A DNA stretch of 61,208 bases, the filler included, from Basidiobolus ranarum (Eukaryota): NCBI GenBank assembly GCA_040143965.1. It is 6 parts of 6 records of this genome, joined end to end, with 100 filler letters (N's around TTAATTAATTAA, not from the genome) between each part and the next. Parts side by side here need not be neighbours in the genome. Positions count along the whole stretch, not along the records: positions 10,235 to 20,366 come from JASJQH010007612.1; positions 20,467 to 30,592 come from JASJQH010007613.1; 4 more parts are not named here. One strand, written 5' to 3'. Below, piece after piece: positions 13,459 to 24,167 of this stretch (within the stretch, counting starts at the first letter, position 1; each line of letters opens with the position of its first letter). Under the pieces are notes generated by a model. The model had not been told where the DNA came from, ran no database searches, and was given only the letters and a program-made list of their open reading frames with translations. The translations under genes and the position numbers were made by a program.

Positions 13459-14772
13459 ATGTCCAATCAACCTAATATGCCCCAAGGCGGTAGCAACAAC
13501 AGCTATGGCAATAACCAATCTAACCACGGAAGTAACCAGCCTGGTAATGGCTATGGTAACAACCAGACAAGTTATGGTGGTAACCAACCTGGCAATGGCT
13601 ACAGTAATAACCAAACATCTCAATCTGGCTACGGTGGTAACCAACCTGGCAATGGATACGGTAATAATCAAACATCTCAATCTGGCTACGGTGGCAACCA
13701 CTCCAACTCTGGAAATAACCAACCCAGCAGTGGCTCAAACAGCTTTGCCAATACTCCACAAGGTGGAGGTAACTTCAGCAACGCTCCCTCAGGTGGTTAC
13801 AACAAACCTATGAGTAAATACCAAGAAGATGAAGATACCAAGAAGAATTGGAAGATTGGCGGTGGAATTGCTGCTGGTGTTCTCGCTGCCGGAGCTGCTG
13901 CTTTTGGTGCCAAATACTATATGGATCATCAACAAGGAGATAATCAAGAGCACGCACAGATCCAAGAGAACAAGCCTACCAATTATGGAAGCAATAATGC
14001 TCCACTAAACCCTGGTGAATCTAAGCCTGTTAGTCAAAACTATCAGCAACATAATCAGGAACAGAAGAGCGAAAATCAATACCAACAGCAGCAACAACAA
14101 AATCAACACCACCAACAACAGCAACAAAATCAATACCAACAACAAGAACACAAGTCTTCATCCGACTCTCATCGTCCTTCTGGCGCTCAAGGTGTTACTC
14201 CACATGCCTATCCTCTCATAGAACATCATTCTGGTGAAGAGCAAATCAAGATTGGTTCAAAGATTGCCCTCACGCATAATATGACTGGTCGATTCCTTGC
14301 TCACAGCCAGAATGCTCCCACAAATGACAATGGTGGCTCCGGTCAACATCTTCTTTATTGCTCTGGCTGGAACGTTGGAAGTGAAGAGCATTGGCAAGTA
14401 ATTCCCGCCAATGGCGAAGTTCTTGTACCTGGACATCCTCTAGAATATGGCACATACATCCGTCTTCGTCACGTTGACACCAAACGTCAAGCTCACAGTC
14501 ACAATGGACTCAAGGCACTCCGTTCTGGGCAACAAGAGGCCACCGGCTTTGGTGGAGAAACCTCTAGTGACAACAATGACCACTGGGTAGTTGACAGATA
14601 TGGTGGAGGTCATGGCGCATGGACAGCCAGTGATATTGTAACATTCCGTCACGCCGAGACAGGTCGTTACTTACACTCACACCCAGAGATGCTAGATGAT
14701 AACCGTCAAGAAGTTACATGTGGTGGAGATGGTAGAGACGAGAACGATAAATGGAGAGTCTGCTTCCATTAA
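13459..14772 (+). CDS. Intronless 437-aa protein: N/G/Q/S/Y-rich low-complexity N-terminus, Gly/Ala hydrophobic segment, polyQ linker, C-terminal triple-MIR (beta-trefoil) domain
   Basis: Three MIR-like units: IALTHNMTGRFLAHS, IRLRHVDTKRQAHSH...SGQQEATGFG...SDNNDHWVV, TFRHAETGRYLHSH...QEVTC...DENDKWRV; TATAAA-like element at ~13388. Confidence 0.88.
   Translation: MSNQPNMPQGGSNNSYGNNQSNHGSNQPGNGYGNNQTSYGGNQPGNGYSNNQTSQSGYGGNQPGNGYGNNQTSQSGYGGNHSNSGNNQPSSGSNSFANTPQGGGNFSNAPSGGYNKPMSKYQEDEDTKKNWKIGGGIAAGVLAAGAAAFGAKYYMDHQQGDNQEHAQIQENKPTNYGSNNAPLNPGESKPVSQNYQQHNQEQKSENQYQQQQQQNQHHQQQQQNQYQQQEHKSSSDSHRPSGAQGVTPHAYPLIEHHSGEEQIKIGSKIALTHNMTGRFLAHSQNAPTNDNGGSGQHLLYCSGWNVGSEEHWQVIPANGEVLVPGHPLEYGTYIRLRHVDTKRQAHSHNGLKALRSGQQEATGFGGETSSDNNDHWVVDRYGGGHGAWTASDIVTFRHAETGRYLHSHPEMLDDNRQEVTCGGDGRDENDKWRVCFH
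13576..13700 (+). repeat. 57-bp coding tandem repeat (GGNQPGNGY[S/G]NNQTSQSGY), about 2.2 copies plus a shorter upstream copy
   Basis: ggtggtaaccaacctggcaatgg at 13576 and 13633, ggtggcaacc at 13690; period 57. Confidence 0.9.
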
Positions 14773-15258
14773 AATATCAAGAAGTTCGAGAGTGAACTCA
14801 CAAACCATGTAATTCATTTAAAACAACAATACCCTTCATTGTGATCCTTTCGTCGACTCGCTTGCATATTTACTTTTACAGTAATAAAATTCGTTTAAAG
14901 TCATGTGTTTCCATTTTATTGAAAGATTCTAGTAACCCTTCAACCACTCACTCTCGGCAAACCTTGGCTGTACGAGGTCCCGAAAAAACCAATTTAGATA
15001 ATCTATTGACTAAATCAGGTCATCATCACTATTCCTCATTTATTGCATTGATAAGGGAGCCATTAAGGTGAGAAACGGTGTAGAATGGCACAAGTGTTAA
15101 AGTATGATATGGTTTTGACATGTTGTTATACAAAATTAATAATAGAGATGAAGGAGAATAGTGAGATATGGAATTGAAGCGGATAGGAACGGTATTTACA
15201 TATTGAGTTCGTAGAGGCAAAAGAACCATAAGGTGTGAGGATACAAAGTAAATATGGA

Positions 15259-15788
15259 CTAAAGAATTGTGGTAACTGTACTATAAGAACTCATAATACA
15301 TACCAAAATATGTATCATACCCCATAGACAAGGCACCCATGTTGACATTCGAAAGGAACCAGCATTATAAACGATCGCCAATACAAAACCTTGTTTAAGA
15401 AAAGAAAGTAAATATTAATACTTGTAGGATACCAACAAACAACGTTCACTTTACCCATCACTGAGCCACTGCAGAATGCCATAAAAAACCCAACAAGTAT
15501 AAACATCAAGGGAAATAAAAAGGACCACCGAGTACGTCGTATAGTAAAAAATGCCCAGAATCCGAGAATTCCGTGAACTGAACATGCGAATATCAAGGTC
15601 CAGACAGTTGTAAATATCCAAACATCTAGAGAATTCTTAATCGATGAAGAAAACAGCGAATAATGAGTAGAAAACTTACCATATAAGTAATACAAATATG
15701 TTCCATTAACATTTCCACTAAACGGCCAATAGAGTGATGGCCAAGGTGGCCTAACATACCCTGGAGGTACGGAAGGAAGATAGGACAT
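15259..15788 (-). CDS. TMEM170-like integral membrane protein (3 exons)
   Basis: Spliced: MSYLPSVPPGYVRPPWPSLYWPF...YLYYLY|DVWIFTTVWTLIF...SGSVM|GFVLAIVYNAGSFRMSTWVPCLWGMIHILVYIMSSYSTVTTIL*, matching the fungal Tmemb_170 pattern. Confidence 0.8.
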
Positions 15789-16110
15789 CGATATGTTATT
15801 AGTGGGTATAAAGAGAGATAATGAGATAATAAAATGCACCACATGATTAGAGAAATAAAAAACAACAAAGATCAAGAGATTATTGCCCTATTGTGGTCCG
15901 ATGGTGCTATCTTTTCGATCATTATTATACCCTCCAATCTATACAAATCCAGATGGAGCCACTTTCCAATGAACATCAGCAACAAGCAACATCAGTAATA
16001 AGCAACATATAAATGGTGATTTCTATCGATTATGAACAAAGGACTAGTGAAGCATCCAAGCTCTCCAATTTCACAAGCTCTCATTCTGTATAAATATAGT
16101 GCCTTTGACA

Positions 16111-16216
16111 ATAGATGAGTGTAGTAATACTAATAGGAAGTATAGATATGAGCGTAGTAATACCGATACGAAGTATAGATATGAGCGTAGTAATACCGAT
16201 ACGAAGTATAGATATT
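16111..16216. repeat. 33-bp tandem repeat (about 3.2 copies)
   Basis: Unit atagatatgagcgtagtaataccgatacgaagt occurs twice exactly, plus one diverged copy. Confidence 0.9.
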
Positions 16217-16842
16217 GAGTTTGAACATCTTCGATGGGAGAAAGGTGGTTTTATGGTCATCGAATAACTTACAAAATGATTCAGCACTCTTGGCACATCT
16301 TCTTGGCTTTGATTAGTGCCACTGTAGCCCTGGGCTAGATCACTTTAACGAGAAACACATGGCAGTACTTACTAACCATTCCGGTTCTTGAAACATGCTA
16401 CTTGTTTGGTTTATTATTGTCTCACCTCCTTTTACCCAATGCATTTAGGGTATGGTTAAGCTTGCTTGAACGCCTTAAATAAACTACTTACGAGGGGAGC
16501 TCTTGGACTGCCTTGAGAAGGAACCAATGCTATAAATAAGGACTACGTGTAAGAGAAGAAACGAATATCTAAACCAATCTCATCTAGTGAATACAAGGGA
16601 AAACCATTGAAGCGCAGAATTTCTATGTGAAGGCTATACACATTTATTTAATGTATAAAGTAGATTAAAAATCGATATCGAATTCAATCAATAAGTTTTT
16701 AGCATTCGACGGTTAGCAAATGTGGATTATGTGAAAATCGAACAGTGATTTATGGTGTAATTGAGTTGAGTTGGAAAGAGAAAGAAAATAAAATGTACTT
16801 GAGAGGTGATGAAGTGTATAGTAATTGTTGGTATTGGCTTCT

Positions 16843-18183
16843 TTACAAGTTTTTGATGACAGCGAGAGTGAAGTCGGTGGTGGAGGAGTTACCGCCCATA
16901 TCGGGGGTACCGACCTTGCCTTCCTCGATAGTCTTGTAAACGGCCTTGTAAATTTGGTTAGCATATCCGTGAAGACTCAAGTGACGAAGCATCATGACTG
17001 ATGATAGGATCAAAGAGGTAGGGTTAGCAGTGTTTTGACCGGCAATATCCTTACCAACGTGACGACATCCAGGTTCGAACATGGCGTATTCACGACCGAT
17101 GTTGCAACCAGGGATGATACCAGGTCCACCAACAAGAGCGGCACCAACGTTACTGATGATGTTACCGTAAAGGTTAGGAGTAACCATAACATCAAATTGT
17201 TGAGGCTTAGACACAAGTTGCATGGCAGTGTTGTCAACAATCATGTCATTGAATTGAATACCGGAGGACTTGTATTCCTCGGCAACGTCACGGCAGGTTC
17301 TGAGGAAAAGACCATCACCCAACTTCATGATGTTAGCCTTGTGAATGCAAGTAACCTTCTTTCTGTTGTTTCTAATGGCATAATCGAAAGCAAAACGAGC
17401 AATACGTTCGGCCTTTTCACGAGTGGTAACCTTAAGAGATTCAACAACACCGGGATAGGATTGATGTTCCAAACCAGAGTATTCACCTTCGGTGTTTTCA
17501 CGAATGATGGTGAAATCAACGTTCTGATGGCGAGAAGGATAACCGGGGATGTTCTTAACAGTAACAACACCAGCATACATATCCAAGTCTTTACGCATAG
17601 CAACGTTGAAAGAAGAGTGACCAAGTCTAGAGACAGGAGTGTAAAGAATACCTAAATAGAATATTTAATTTAATGCTTGCCTTTGAATTGAGAAGCAAAA
17701 AAGTGAGTCACATACCCTTAAGTCCTACTTTGTTTCTTCTGAAGCTGTCGACACTTTGCTTCAATAAGTTCTCGTCAGTGGTGTAACCACTAACATCGAA
17801 TTGTTCCCAGTCAACTGGGACATTGGCAGCAGTGAAGATAGCTTTGACGGCAGAAGCGGTTTCTTGACCGATACCATCACCGGGCATGAGAGTAGCAGTG
17901 TATCTACCACCGAGCTTGTTACCAGTGAAAGGTCCCTGAAAACAACTATTAGATATATTTCCAAGGGGGAAAAGGGTGAAATGAACGTCTACTTACACTT
18001 TGAGACTCAGGGACAGAACCCATACTACGAACCAAAACGGCCTAAGTTGACGATAATAAAAATATAGGGAAAGGGAGATGAGTTAACAATGTTTTACAGA
18101 ATACGTATGAAGAACATAACACAACGCACTCTTTGAGCAATAGAGGCAACTTTAATGGAAGGTCTGGCGAAGCTCTTGAGCAT
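16843..18183 (-). CDS. IDH1: Mitochondrial NAD-dependent isocitrate dehydrogenase, regulatory subunit 1 (multi-exon)
   Basis: Presequence MLKSFARPSIKVASIAQR; TKLGGRYTATLMPGDGIG; IIRENTEGEYSGLEHQSYPGVVESLK; HKANIMKLGDGLF; DNTAMQLVSKPQQFDVMVTPNLYGNI; FEPGCRHVG, the IDH1-type signature. Confidence 0.95.
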
Positions 18184-19900
18184 ATTTACGGATTGGTAGA
18201 AGATACAAGTAAGAGTAAGGGAACAAAGTATCGGTTCGGCCAACAGGTAGGGAGATGTTATTTTATTAAAAAAAGGGAGAAATTGAGGGAGAAAAAAATG
18301 GCAACCGGAATCATGCGTAATCCAATTTGGTTGGCGAAAGTAATAGGAATGAAAGGCAATCATACCAAATCAGGAAAGCTACATACCGGAGAGTTGGGGA
18401 AACTTGATTGCTAGCACTAATAAATTTGACGTCATGAATAGAACAGGCACTGTCAAAATTTGCAGCTATCCAAGTGACTTGTGTAAATGAATGCTGGATG
18501 TTAAAAGTAGCTTTGGGGAACACATGGAGGGTGGGGATGTAGTGTGGGGATCAATCATGCCAAATTCCTAAACAATCCGATTAATTTGGGGTAGAAAAGA
18601 TCGGGTTTATATATATAATTGAGTGGCCTATTATAGATAAAATTTCTTCATATATCCAGCAAAATGAAAACGGCTCAAGCTCAAAAGAGATGAGGCTTGT
18701 ATTTCAGAAAGGGTTGTCACGGACACGATACGCTGAATATTATCAGCTTTCATAGAAGAACTACAGGTACACCAATTATCGATTTTACACAATAATTATC
18801 GATTTCATATGGTGCTGATGAAGTGAAGGGGCGGGAAATACAGCGAGCAATAAATATCAAGAAGGTTCCAAAAAAAGGAACCGGAGAAAACTCATTTGTG
18901 TAAATATTAATTGGTCAAGGCTATCTCCGGGTGGGCTGGTGGGGAAATGACATTTTGACGGGTGTAACAATGAATCCAAGGTTTTCGTTGGTCACTCAAA
19001 TCCTGTTATTTCAATTTGTCCGATATTGCTGAGCTTCATTTTTCAGCTTGACGTGATTGCCCTCTGTGGACTAAGGTTCGTGTCAGATGAAAAAAAAACA
19101 AATCCCTTTTGATCACGTGTATTTCGCATCTGTTATCAGATGCCACACAACTGACTGAGGTTGAAGCTAAAGCCCAAGAGTAGGTTGGCTAATCTGATCC
19201 TGTAGCAGGTGGTATCGAGCGGGGGTATTGGAATGGTAGTGCTACAGCCCAACCGGGTGAAAATAATCCTTTTCGCTTTCCACCAATAAAGTCTAGAGAG
19301 ATGAAATTTGGGAATTTGTTGTACTATTGATTTCTTCGGTATTGGTAACTTGAGGCTGGGGCAATTCATGGGAACACAAATCCCCTACTTGGGATTGTTC
19401 AGACGAGGAATAATAAATGCAACTTGAAGGGAGACGCTCTGTTCGTCTTCCCGATTGCATTCGTAATACTTTTCATAATAATTTTCCAACAGCTTCAATG
19501 ATTGCTTTTGTACATATACCTAACTCTGGCTAAAGTAAGTCCCTAGAGAAGTCAAGAAGAGATATTTCAAGTCCGACAACCCAAGGCTGGGGTTCCAACA
19601 AATGGTCACACTGTCCCTTGACATGACCCGCTATATTATTATAAGCATATCACAACCACTAGGATTTAAACGAGATGAATAATGGTTGCATGACGTTTTT
19701 AGGCTTATTGAATCCTAAAACATCGCAAGTTGTCGTGTGATAATCGTCACTGCATGAACTCGTTGTGGTAAATTAAATAGAAGACAAGACAACCATTGTA
19801 GGCCTATAGGCATAGAAAAGGTTTATTTATCATATTGAAGACGAAACAGTTAACAAGGGATATTTTATAAGTGTTTGATCTTGTGGTATCTCGGATTCCC

Positions 19901-20366
19901 TTAGGAACGGGCTTTTCTGCTACGTTTACGTGTCTTTCCTTGAGGAGAATCGGGAGCAACAGCAGGCTCAACATATTCTTCATCGTCAGGAAGACTTTCT
20001 GAGGGAATTGACTTTGTACCTGTGATCTTTCTAAAAATGAATCGAGGGATACTGAGTAGGAATACATTCCACACTGAAGGCTTAGGAATTGATTCTGGAT
20101 CCAAGTCTTCATTAAAGTTGATTGAGCTTTCAGCGTTAGATTTTTTGGTTTTTTTAACTTGACGCTTAGCTAACATTTCTCTTTCCTCGATGAGGTATTG
20201 AATGTCTCTTTTGCGGAGATAGTAAGTCAACCAGCTAGTTCCATATTGAACGATGGATAAAAATATCATCAAAGCAATCACGACTGAGCCGAATCCGGGA
20301 CGATGACGACGATAAACGTAACCAGTACCACGCCAAGATGGAACACCATTTTTGTAGTAAAAATTG
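19901..20366 (-). CDS. ER membrane J-domain protein (Erj5/DNAJC1-like), 3' part; 5'-truncated by contig edge
   Basis: NFYYKNGVPSWRGTGYVYRRHRPGFGSVVIALMIFLSIVQY resembles the post-J-domain GVP.WRGTGY.Y.R.RPG.G motif plus TM helix of fungal Erj5; the J domain itself is not in the window. Confidence 0.72.
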
Positions 20367-20466
20367 NNNNNNNNNNNNNNNNNNNNNNNNNNNNNNNNNN
20401 NNNNNNNNNNTTAATTAATTAANNNNNNNNNNNNNNNNNNNNNNNNNNNNNNNNNNNNNNNNNNNN
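20367..20466. other. Artificial contig linker
   Basis: N44-TTAATTAATTAA-N44. Confidence 0.98.
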
Positions 20467-20790
20467 AAAGTAAATCCATGTCAGAATCATTGAGCCACGA
20501 GTGAGTCCAAGGCCAAGAGTACTGGCTGTCAACATCCAGAGCATAGTGATGAATAGGTTACGTGCAACCTTTTGAGCCCGAGTGAGGTTGTTTCTGGATC
20601 CAGCGAAGCGTTTAGTAGTTGCTGTTGTACTGGTGGCAGGGGCGTCATCGTGTATGAATCCCATTCCATGCTCAGTAAGGAGCAACAAAGCCCAGATGAT
20701 CCAGAAAGTGAAGAGTGCAATGAATGAGCTGCGAACATTGGTATTGTCAGCAAAGTGTAGAGAATCGTATAATGACTTGGTAGCGTCCAT
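20467..20790 (-). CDS. 4-TM protein family A, copy A1 (3'-truncated by contig edge)
   Basis: MDATKSLYDSLHFADNTNVRSSFIALFTFWIIWALLLL...TRGSMILTWIYF; paralog of 23332..23787. Confidence 0.85.
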
Positions 20791-21691
20791 GTTTGTTGGC
20801 TAGTTTGTTTGTTTATAGGTTTGAAGTTGTGTAAAATACTTGGAAATTATGCTTCTCTACTAAGAAGAAATCCCTCATATATATCTGGTTTCTGGCCGAG
20901 TGGCTGATCCGAAGCTTCCATAGCATAATCAGTTGATACCCTAACGTTGATATTGGGACCACAAGTTGAGTAATTCTACTGATCCGGATGTCTTCGCTGC
21001 TAAATTGATTCATCCATCAGTAAATCTGTTAGTCAGGTTGAGTAATAAATTGGGCAAGGCGACACCTATCTTACTAGTAAAGTATATTGCTTCGGGTTTC
21101 AGTTCATTGGGATAAATTACTATTCCAGAATCCGTGCTGACTATTCTCCGAAATCGAATTTACCTTTTACGTGATTCAAGCCACTCCGCAGTATCGTCGG
21201 TAAATCAAAGTTTCAATTCCCCTACAAACACGAGTTTACCTCTGATTTTGTCGTCATCGATATTACTAATAGGTTGATGAGCATTGTTGGTGTCAATAGT
21301 AAAAAATAATCATTTCCTTGTGTGGTTCGGATAATAACTGAGCAAAACTCGACCCTGTTGGCTTATTGGAAGTGTGACCGAATGCATAGCAAAGTGACCT
21401 CATCATCATCACATAGTTATACCAACAACATTTTCGCTTCAAGTGTAGTATCAGTCGAGATATAATTTCGATGGACAAGAATAATGCACCCAGGTAGTAA
21501 TAATAATGAATAGTCATAGTGGTACAAAGAGGATGCGGAAATTAGAATACATTGGATATTAATGTTTATTTTTGTTTATTTTGCTGAACTTTAACGAAAA
21601 TATTACAAATGGAAATTTATACCGCTGTTATTGTTGTCATGGTAACTATACACATCATAGATTAAGATATTCTTGGTAATCATGATCTTGC

Positions 21692-22216
21692 TTACCATCC
21701 ATAACGGAAGGCAATACTCATGATAGCTATGGCTAAAGCGAATTGTACCACTCCAAAGCCAACCCTCGAAACTGGATGTGATATGGCAAACTCGACTCCG
21801 ATCCATATGAGGGCGAAGGCAAAGTACAGCCAGGCAACAATCATAGAGCCTCTGGTGATGCCATAGCCTAGAGTACTGGCTACCAATACCCACAGGAGAG
21901 TAAGGAATAGGTTGCGCGCTAGTGTCTCAGCTCTTGCTACCTTGCCACCGAAAGTGGACAGAGTAGGAGCAACAGTGGTGGTGGTAGAAGCGGGCGTCTG
22001 ACTTTCCACGGCGGGATGAGCGGACTCAGTTGAGCCTACCCTCTCACGCATAACTGGACCCGTAGTAGTAGTAAGGTTGCGGTCGTTCCAAGCGAAGAAG
22101 TACTTGGCTAACTGAAGTAGTGCCCACACTATCCACAGAGTCCATAGGGCGATGAAACTGTCACGAACGTACTTGTCATCCTTGCTCCAAAGATTGTAAT
22201 TGTCCCAAAAGGCCAT
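21692..22216 (-). CDS. 4-TM protein family B, copy B1 (174 aa, intronless)
   Basis: MAFWDNYNLWSKDDKYVRDSFIALWTLWIVWALL...ARNLFLTLLWVLVASTLGYGITRGSMIVAWLYF...RYGW; paralog of 26840..27364 and homologous to family A. Confidence 0.9.
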   Translation of the reverse strand: MAFWDNYNLWSKDDKYVRDSFIALWTLWIVWALLQLAKYFFAWNDRNLTTTTGPVMRERVGSTESAHPAVESQTPASTTTTVAPTLSTFGGKVARAETLARNLFLTLLWVLVASTLGYGITRGSMIVAWLYFAFALIWIGVEFAISHPVSRVGFGVVQFALAIAIMSIAFRYGW

Positions 22217-23331
22217 TTTAGCTTGTAATTAAATGAAAAGTGAATTAAGCGTTTTGCTCGACGATAATTGAGTACTTGATGGTAAGATAATTCATTTAAA
22301 GGAGAGAATATCTCTTTATATATGTTTCTCTGATACACCCAAGGCTTTATTAGTAATCCTGATGTCAGAAAATTCGAGTGCTCTTCACCATTTAATCATG
22401 ATGAATCATGTGGCCATATTGTTAGTATCTTTCTTTGAACACTCTTGTACTAATAGCATAATATATAGAATATTTTATCCAGATTTTGGTAATTGGCACA
22501 AATATTTACTAATAATTCTGGATTAGAATTGAACATTATAGATTAGTACGATATCAGAAGATCGGTAACAGGGTGTAATCGGTTTGTAATACAAATAGAC
22601 ATTCCTGTTGACTTTCAATGTACTATTTTATAAGTAATACTCGGTCCAAAAATGAAGTGATGATGGGGTATAACTTACGTACAGATTTCATAGTGATGCC
22701 TTCAAAGTACATCTACCTTTGTGCTTTTGGAATAACTCTTTAGATTGCTAAACTTCTAGCATTATTGCATGAATAATTTTTACGATTCTTGGACCACTAT
22801 TTAGTTTAATGGCGCAGTGGAAAAGGTACCTATTCCGAATCAATAATGGAACAAAGTATTTTAGGATAGGAGTAGATGTTTCACGAAGTGGATTGTCGAG
22901 GTTTTGTCACTCGGCAAATAATTTTCCATTCCGCTTATAAAATATTTCACTCCCAGTTGATGGATTATTGCCGCTATAATCTAAAAATGTCAATTGGTTA
23001 CGCAATATCTGCCATTTTGGTTACATATAACTGCTTCTCAATCCGATTCATTGCTCAATTTGATTAGCAGATTCGGTAGTGGATTAACCGATTTAGCTCA
23101 ATGAAGATATGAGGAACATGGGAACTTGTGATCTCTTTTGTACATTTCAATGTGAATATTACGATATCAACTAATTAAGCTATGAATGTTTCGGATGGTA
23201 CCTAAGGAGCATTATCCGGATGCCAGCCAAAAGGCGGATATAAATAAGCAGTCTCCATTCCACAGAAAGGTATCTTTAGAAGTCTCAATCTTTTACGCAA
23301 CTCAACTCTGCAAACAAACTAGCTAACTAAC

Positions 23332-23787
23332 ATGGACGCTACTAATCCATTGTACGATTCTCTACGCTTTGCTGACAATACCAATGTTCGCAAGTCATTC
23401 ATTGCACTCTTTACCTTCTGGATCATCTGGGCTTTGCTGCTCCTTGCTGACCATGGGATGGGATTCGTAGGACATGACGACGCCCCTGCTACCAACACAA
23501 CAGCTACCACTAAACGCTTCACTGGATCCAGAAGCAACGTCACTCGTGCTCAAAAGGTTGCACGTAACCTATTCATCACTATGCTCTGGATGTTGACAGC
23601 CAGTACTCTTGGCCTTGGACTCACTCGTGGCTCAATGATTCTGACATGGATTTACTTTGCTATCGGAGTTACCTGGGTAGCAGTAGATTTAGTAATAGCC
23701 GACGGCATCGTTGACTCGGTATTTAGCCTAGTTGAGTTTGGATTGGCTTTAGCCGTCATGGGTATCGGATTTAGTAAAGGATGGTAA
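23332..23787 (+). CDS. 4-TM protein family A, copy A2 (151 aa, intronless)
   Basis: Complete ORF with four hydrophobic segments, ending FSKGW; TATAAATA at ~23239. Confidence 0.9.
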   Translation: MDATNPLYDSLRFADNTNVRKSFIALFTFWIIWALLLLADHGMGFVGHDDAPATNTTATTKRFTGSRSNVTRAQKVARNLFITMLWMLTASTLGLGLTRGSMILTWIYFAIGVTWVAVDLVIADGIVDSVFSLVEFGLALAVMGIGFSKGW

Positions 23788-23990
23788 CTGTCTTCGGGAT
23801 CCTAAACGTATGTTCCCACAGTAACCCCGTATTTTGTACCTTTAATATGTAAATTCATTAGTCACTAACCGTTAATTAAATAAATTTTTTACATCCAGAG
23901 ATGGTCAAAAACGGTAATGTCAACTCTAGGTAGCTTATTGATTAATAAACTAAAGAGTTAGCACTATTCAAAGTATTGAACAAGTAAAAC

Positions 23991-24167
23991 TCAAAGTACT
24001 GAATACCCGTGGTAGTGGTTAGTAGGGTTGTAGTCGTTCCAACTGAAAAAGTATTTGGCCAACTGAAGTAGTGTCCATACCATCCACCAGGTCCATAGGG
24101 CGATGAAGTTGTCACGAATGTACTTGGCGTTATTGCTCATTAAACTATAGTTGCCCCATAATGCCAA
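23991..24167 (-). pseudogene. Family B truncated pseudogene (B2)
   Basis: LALWGNYSLMSNNAKYIRDNFIALWTWWMVWTLLQLAKYFFSWND aligns to the B1 N-terminus; the start is TTG instead of ATG and homology is lost after ~50 codons. Confidence 0.85.

Noticed and set aside
16111-16216. CRISPR-like array
   Set aside because: Head-to-tail repeats without unique spacers, eukaryotic context, no cas genes.
17035-17655. Long antisense and alternative-frame ORFs over IDH1, MAP2 and the MIR gene (e.g. 206 aa, 168 aa, 142 aa)
   Set aside because: Shadows of codon-biased real genes; no independent motifs.
19695-19722. Imperfect hairpin gtttttaggcttattgaatcctaaaac downstream of the ERJ5-like gene
   Set aside because: Short and AT-rich; expected by chance.
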